Assembly: GCA_020696385.1 (NCBI GenBank)
Contig: JAEHCQ010000004.1
Location: 1-64,000, forward strand
DNA length: 64,000 nt
From: Methanobacteriota archaeon
Lineage (GTDB): Archaea > Thermoplasmatota > Thermoplasmata > SG8-5 > JAGLSY01
Direction: 5' to 3'
Part shown: positions 59,472 to 64,000 of the stretch, piece by piece
Layout of the letters: each line of letters opens with the position of its first letter
Position numbering within the stretch: the stretch's first letter is position 1
Made by a program: the position numbers and the translations under genes
Notes under the pieces: model-generated
The model's input: the letters and a program-made list of their open reading frames with translations, nothing else
Told to the model about the DNA's origin: nothing
Database searches by the model: none

Positions 59472-61144
59472 ACCTGATCCCTCTGGCTCTTCCTTTCTTC
59501 TATGGTGAAGCTTATTCCGCATTCTGGACATTCAATGTTTTCTTCCTTAATGCTGAATCCACATACTGGACAGCCCCACCCAGTTTCCTGTATCTCACTT
59601 TTATCGAACCATTCCTTTGCCAGTGAGGGATCTATCTCCACAGCCTTGTCAAAGCATTTTCTGGAATCGTCCGTATTACCTTCAGTGAAGAGAAGTCTGG
59701 ACATCTCGAACCACGCGCTCGAGTTCTTTGGATGTATCTCTATCGCCCTCTGGAAACTTTGCATCCCCTTGTCGATCTCTCTCTTGCCAATGAATTCCAA
59801 TCCCTTACTTACCCAATTCTGGCTCTTTCTCTCGACTATTTTTTTAGAATATTCAACAGAATGAACATATTCATAGATCTTGGCAGATACATTATTATCG
59901 ACCCCTGGCACACTTTCCAGCTCCGCCTTCTCCGCCTTCTCAAGCTTTTCCATATTGCTGAAGCCGAACTCGACAAGCTTTTCAGCGATCTTCTTGTCAA
60001 TTGCAGGAATATCCTGAAGGTCCTTGAGAATGGTGCTCGCACCCCTGGTTCCGGAAACAATCTCCAGTCCTTTCTTCGTTACCTTGACACGATGAACATT
60101 CTGGTCGAATTTCATACCAGAGAATGCCTCCACCTGGAGTGTGAGTTCGCCTTTGCCACTCTTTTTAATGACCACTACACCATCTGAAAGATGCTTCAGG
60201 GTGGACAATGTCCTTTCATCATGTGCCCCACTCTCAACCACCAAGAGTGTGGTGAATCCCTTCGCTTTCAGCATGTTCTTCTCTTTCTGAATGAACTCGA
60301 TCACCGTGGATTGGTCATATATATTGAGTGCGGGTGAGATCACATCAAGCATCGCTCTCTTTGTAGGGGCGAAAGATAGCTTATTGATGGCCGTTCCTAT
60401 TGCGATATCGAGATTGGTGATATCCTTGGATACCTTGGATACGTTTCCATCATCTTCGATACCCACCAGATTCTCTTTTTTATACGAATACCAATCAATG
60501 GTCTTCAGTAAGCCACGGCTTTCGAATGTGGATGGTTTGATCTTCAATTTTGAAAGGTTATTCTTCATTCCTTTATGATCGGTGACAGATGTGCTGACAA
60601 GGCATGCTGCCCCATCCCTCAATCCCTGAATGATGTATTGATACGCAAATATGTATTTTTCACTTCCTGGCGGTCCCAATAACAATATGGTATTGCCCTT
60701 TGGCACTCCGCCTCCCAGAACCTTATCCAATCCACCAATCCCTGAATCCAGGTTATTTCTCAGGCCGCCTTTTAGAATATGCCTCTCAATATCCAGTGAG
60801 ATGAATTGTGATTTGAATTGATTCCTCACTCTCATTACGGAATCATAGGCCTCCTGGTAAGCCTTCTGATCACCTTTGGTGATAGCAGAAACAGCGATCA
60901 AGGAATCGAAGACCTTGCTCATGGTCATTACAATATCCTCTATGGTCCATTCTCTGAGATCCATGGATGTCTGGCCATCATCGTTTATATTGACACCTTT
61001 CAGTATGCTGAGTGTTTCAGCCATCTTCTGGATCTTCTTCACATGAAGAAGAATACTTCCATCCTTGGAGAGGCTCTGAAGATAGTCTGAGAAAAGACGC
61101 TCAAAGACTATCGAAGCCTCGGCGGACGGGTTTGCTGGTGTTAT
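59468..61144 (-). CDS. Multidomain KaiC-like protein: helical N-terminus, degenerate RAD55 ATPase, helix-hairpin-helix pair, TPR, C-terminal zinc ribbon
   Basis: SGIGGLDKVLGGGVP, GPPGSEKY, IDWYSY, LESVPGV, AWFEMS..DKAVEIDP, CPVCG-x9-CPECG; frame open to ATA 61144 behind GGGAGG (track start 61042). Confidence 0.85.
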   Translation of the reverse strand: MTPANPSAEASIVFERLFSDYLQSLSKDGSILLHVKKIQKMAETLSILKGVNINDDGQTSMDLREWTIEDIVMTMSKVFDSLIAVSAITKGDQKAYQEAYDSVMRVRNQFKSQFISLDIERHILKGGLRNNLDSGIGGLDKVLGGGVPKGNTILLLGPPGSEKYIFAYQYIIQGLRDGAACLVSTSVTDHKGMKNNLSKLKIKPSTFESRGLLKTIDWYSYKKENLVGIEDDGNVSKVSKDITNLDIAIGTAINKLSFAPTKRAMLDVISPALNIYDQSTVIEFIQKEKNMLKAKGFTTLLVVESGAHDERTLSTLKHLSDGVVVIKKSGKGELTLQVEAFSGMKFDQNVHRVKVTKKGLEIVSGTRGASTILKDLQDIPAIDKKIAEKLVEFGFSNMEKLEKAEKAELESVPGVDNNVSAKIYEYVHSVEYSKKIVERKSQNWVSKGLEFIGKREIDKGMQSFQRAIEIHPKNSSAWFEMSRLLFTEGNTDDSRKCFDKAVEIDPSLAKEWFDKSEIQETGWGCPVCGFSIKEENIECPECGISFTIEERKSQRDQV

Positions 61145-61337
61145 CTAATAGCCTCCCGTTGCGCTGTTTATACAATCAATAATGGACTAACTGATAATAA
61201 AGATTACCTTAACAATATTCAGCTAATTTTTAGTTAGTTAATTATAAGGATTCAATCGTATATCCTGTATAGGATCGAGTGGAGATCATCTGTAATTCTA
61301 ATTTCCATGACGATTCCAAATCAAAAGAGGGTTCATC

Positions 61338-62048
61338 ATGCTATTGGAGGAAATGACCACTGAAGAGATAAGAGAAAGAGTGAATGAGAGCTCGATAGCT
61401 CTATTGCCTTTAGGAGCAATAGAGGAGCATGGGCCACACCTGCCGCTATCAACCGATTGTCTGCAACCCCAGTATGTTGCAGAGGTCGTATCTGAACGAT
61501 TGGGAGCTTATCTCCTTCCAATTCTGAAATACGGGCAGTGTTCGAGCACCAAGAACTTTCCAGGCACTATAACACTCAGATTCGAGACTTTGAGGATGAT
61601 AATGGAAGACATCCTGTCCGAGCTTATCAGGATGGGCTTCAGGAATATTGTCGTACTCTCAGGACATGCTGGACGAACCCATATGACCGCGCTCAAGCTT
61701 GCAGGTGAAACAGTTCTGGAAGCTCACGAAGAAGATGTCAATCTCATGGTACTTTCTGATTATGACATCGCGTACACGATGAACGAGATCGAGATCCCGG
61801 TCAATGACGGACACGCGGGTATGATCGAGACTTCGAGGGTCATGGCCATACGCCCAGATCTGGTAAAGGGAACTGCCGAGTCCAATCATCCAAATTTTCC
61901 GCCTTTTATGATATTGAAGCACCCTGAGAAATACTTCCCAACTGGTGTCATGGGCGATCCCCAGCTCGCCTCGAAGGAGTTCGGAGAGAGGGCCAATGAG
62001 GTCATTATTGGTAGACTGGTTGAGATGATACAAAATATGGTAAAATAA
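61338..62048 (+). CDS. Creatininase / creatinine amidohydrolase family
   Basis: PLGAIEEHGPHLPL.TD, SGHAG, GHAGMIETS, GVMGDP..AS.E.G. Confidence 0.92.
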   Translation: MLLEEMTTEEIRERVNESSIALLPLGAIEEHGPHLPLSTDCLQPQYVAEVVSERLGAYLLPILKYGQCSSTKNFPGTITLRFETLRMIMEDILSELIRMGFRNIVVLSGHAGRTHMTALKLAGETVLEAHEEDVNLMVLSDYDIAYTMNEIEIPVNDGHAGMIETSRVMAIRPDLVKGTAESNHPNFPPFMILKHPEKYFPTGVMGDPQLASKEFGERANEVIIGRLVEMIQNMVK

Positions 62049-62425
62049 GGTGCGAGGGACCGGATTCAAACGGAAGCCTTTTCTTTTACGCTCACTGCGC
62101 TGGGTCACCCTCCAAAAGAACAAGTATTCCATTGCAAAAGAAAACTCGGGTGACCCTGCTCGTTCGCTTCATACCTTTGCTGTATATGTGTGAAATACAG
62201 TTTGCTCTATCAAAAAATAAAGATAAGGTGCGAGGGACCGGATTCAGAACGTAAGTCTTTTTTTATTCTCACTGCGCTGGCTCTGGCTCATAGAATCAAA
62301 TCCATTATATGTTTTTGATAAAATAGATGCGCAAAATCGCGCATCTAAAAAAAAGAATTACATTAGAAAAAACTCGCCAGAGCATGCTCGCTCGAAGATA
62401 GTATGAAGGTGCGAGGGACCGGATT
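62047..62425 (-). repeat. tRNA-Leu 3'-end tandem array (units of 178 and 181 bp)
   Basis: AAGGTGCGAGGGACCGGATT at 62047, 62225 and 62406 (the last is the tRNA end). Confidence 0.92.
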
Positions 62426-62542
62426 TGAACCGGCGAACCACTAAGGAATAGATCTTGAGTCTATCGCCGTTAGCCTTGATTGCAAACGCTGTTGATTCGT
62501 CAGTGGTTGCAGGTCAATTTGACCATGCTTAGCTACCCTCGC
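62410..62542 (-). tRNA. tRNA-Leu(CAA) with a 49-nt intron at the D-loop 3' side (about 62470-62518)
   Basis: GCGAGGG/TCCTCGC-type acceptor stem, ATAGA-CTCAAGA-TCTAT anticodon arm, long variable arm, GGTTCAAATCC; bulge-helix-bulge-like junction GGTC-AAA / GGCT-AAC. Confidence 0.9.
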
Positions 62543-62654
62543 ATATTTTTATCGTGGATGTTAAGGTGATATCCATCATCATTTTAAAGGTTTTGACAAA
62601 AAACATATCAAACCACATAAATAAATACCACTTCATCAATCCCCAAAATACCGC

Positions 62655-62796
62655 GGGCCGGTGGTCTAGGGGTTATGGAATGGCAAGTTCGCTTCCATCC
62701 CACTCCATCTGACGTCGCCCTTACATTTGCATGTCAGATATTTCTGGCATGCAATCAGCAAGGCGAAGATCGGCGGTTCAAATCCGCCTCGGCCCA
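62655..62796 (+). tRNA. tRNA-Val(TAC) with two introns: D-arm (34 nt, about 62675-62710) and canonical 37/38 (62726-62760)
   Basis: GGGCCGG/TCGGCCC acceptor stem, TCGCC-CTTACAA-GGCGA arm after splicing, GGTTCAAATCC; both inserts form hairpins. Confidence 0.88.
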
Positions 62797-62874
62797 CTAA
62801 TAATTTTTTGTTTATGTATCATTTTATGTCATAAAAGGTAAAACTTTATATCTATTGTATCTTAGGTGCTCGCG

Positions 62875-63870
62875 ATGACTAGCTTTGAAGGTAAGATAAG
62901 TGTAGGAGTTATAGGCGTTGGCTCAATGGGCCGAAACCATGCTCGTGTATATTCCGATATTGGTGTTCTGGATGCTATATCTGATGTGGATTTCAAGACA
63001 GTCAGTGAGCTCGCGGAGAAATTCGGGGCAAAGGCATACGAGGACTATCATGAACTTCTCGCCTCGGATATCGAAGCCGTATCCATAGCGACTCCGACTC
63101 TCACTCATTTTCAGATCGCGATGGATGCCATCAAGGCCGGGAAGCATGTGCTCATAGAGAAGCCAATATGCTCGACCATTGAGGAATCCCAGACACTGAT
63201 AAATGCAGCCAAAGAAGCGGATCTGACTCTAGCGGTCGGTCTTATCGAGAGGCACAATCCCGTCGTGAAATTTGGAAAAGAAGCCATCCAGTCAAAGAAG
63301 TTTGGCGATGTCGTGACCATAACCGCCAGGCGTGTCAGTTCTTTCCCTGCAAGGATACGGGATGTGGGAGTGGTCATGGATCTTGGTGTCCATGATATCG
63401 ATGCTCTTCGTTATCTCATAGGTAGTCCGATCAAGAGTGTTTATGCTCTTGGTGGAAAGCATGCCAATGATGTTTTCGAGGACCATGCGAATATACTTCT
63501 TGACTTCGAGGATGGCACTACTGGATTTATCGAAATAAACTGGCTGACACCCATGAAAGTGAGAAAACTTTCTCTAACTTGCACGAAGAACTTCGTCGAG
63601 CTTGATTATATTACTCAGAGTGCGAGGATATCATCCTCCCAGGTACGAGCATTTGACAATTCAGATATGTCGCACATCCCACTTGAATTCGATATACGTG
63701 ATATCTCACTTAGAAAGAAAGAACCTCTCATGAACGAGCTGGTGGATTTCCTGGAAGCGATTCGGGACAAAAGGGAACCGCTCGTATCTGGTGAGGACGG
63801 TCTGGAGACCATCAAGGTGTGCCAGGCCGCGATAGAATCTGTCAAGTCAGGACGAAAAATAGATCTATAG
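62875..63870 (+). CDS. Gfo/Idh/MocA oxidoreductase (UDP-GlcNAc(A) 3-dehydrogenase-like)
   Basis: GVGSMG.NHAR, EKP, IERHNP, DVGVV.DLGVHDID, WLTP.K.R, EPL..EL. Confidence 0.88.
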   Translation: MTSFEGKISVGVIGVGSMGRNHARVYSDIGVLDAISDVDFKTVSELAEKFGAKAYEDYHELLASDIEAVSIATPTLTHFQIAMDAIKAGKHVLIEKPICSTIEESQTLINAAKEADLTLAVGLIERHNPVVKFGKEAIQSKKFGDVVTITARRVSSFPARIRDVGVVMDLGVHDIDALRYLIGSPIKSVYALGGKHANDVFEDHANILLDFEDGTTGFIEINWLTPMKVRKLSLTCTKNFVELDYITQSARISSSQVRAFDNSDMSHIPLEFDIRDISLRKKEPLMNELVDFLEAIRDKREPLVSGEDGLETIKVCQAAIESVKSGRKIDL

Positions 63871-63886
63871 ATTTGGAGTGATTGAC

Positions 63887-64000
63887 ATGGGAAGGATACT
63901 TGGAGATACCAAATTAGGAAATGGAACCTATGTGGCCGAGACTGCTGTCGTCGGTCATCCTGGAAAGCATGACAAGGAACTTATGATATCTGGTCGCGAG
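63887..64000 (+). CDS. Probable hexapeptide acetyltransferase, N-terminus only (truncated by window edge)
   Basis: MGRILGDTKLGNGTYVAETAVVGHPG after GGAGTGA RBS; follows a sugar dehydrogenase. Confidence 0.6.
   Translation, partial: MGRILGDTKLGNGTYVAETAVVGHPGKHDKELMISGRE

Noticed and set aside
62047-62425. CRISPR array or integrated provirus
   Set aside because: Repeat is a tRNA end, spacers are about 160 bp and homologous to each other; no integrase or cargo genes.

Overview
Archaeal chromosomal DNA, most likely Thermoplasmatota (class I LysRS, aRF1, proteasome beta plus aCPSF1, PriL, DUF835, Thermoplasmata-style pilins, GGAGGTGA-type ribosome-binding sites). Layout: housekeeping genes (1-7.4 kb); a mosaic surface-glycan/nucleotide-sugar locus with an AT-richer right half (7.5-22.4 kb); transport and translation genes (22.5-30.6 kb); an operon of two Rab-like small GTPases plus a V4R-DUF835 protein (30.8-33.1 kb); the glyS block; a 14-kb candidate signalling locus (wHTH regulator, active and degenerate KaiC/RAD55 ATPases, two giant multi-zinc-ribbon membrane proteins, two type IV pilins; 39-53.3 kb); thpR, pyrH, aRF1, argS; a KaiC-HhH-TPR-zinc-ribbon gene coupled to an apparently dead mevalonate kinase homologue; and two divergent tRNAs with non-canonical introns, tRNA-Leu being trailed by a ~180-bp array of duplicated tRNA 3' ends with covarying hairpins. 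The best candidate for an undescribed system is a KaiC-fold / Rab-like GTPase / V4R / zinc-ribbon signalling network, possibly controlling pili. No CRISPR array, rRNA, integrase or intact transposase was seen. All calls come from motif recognition by eye; no searches were run.
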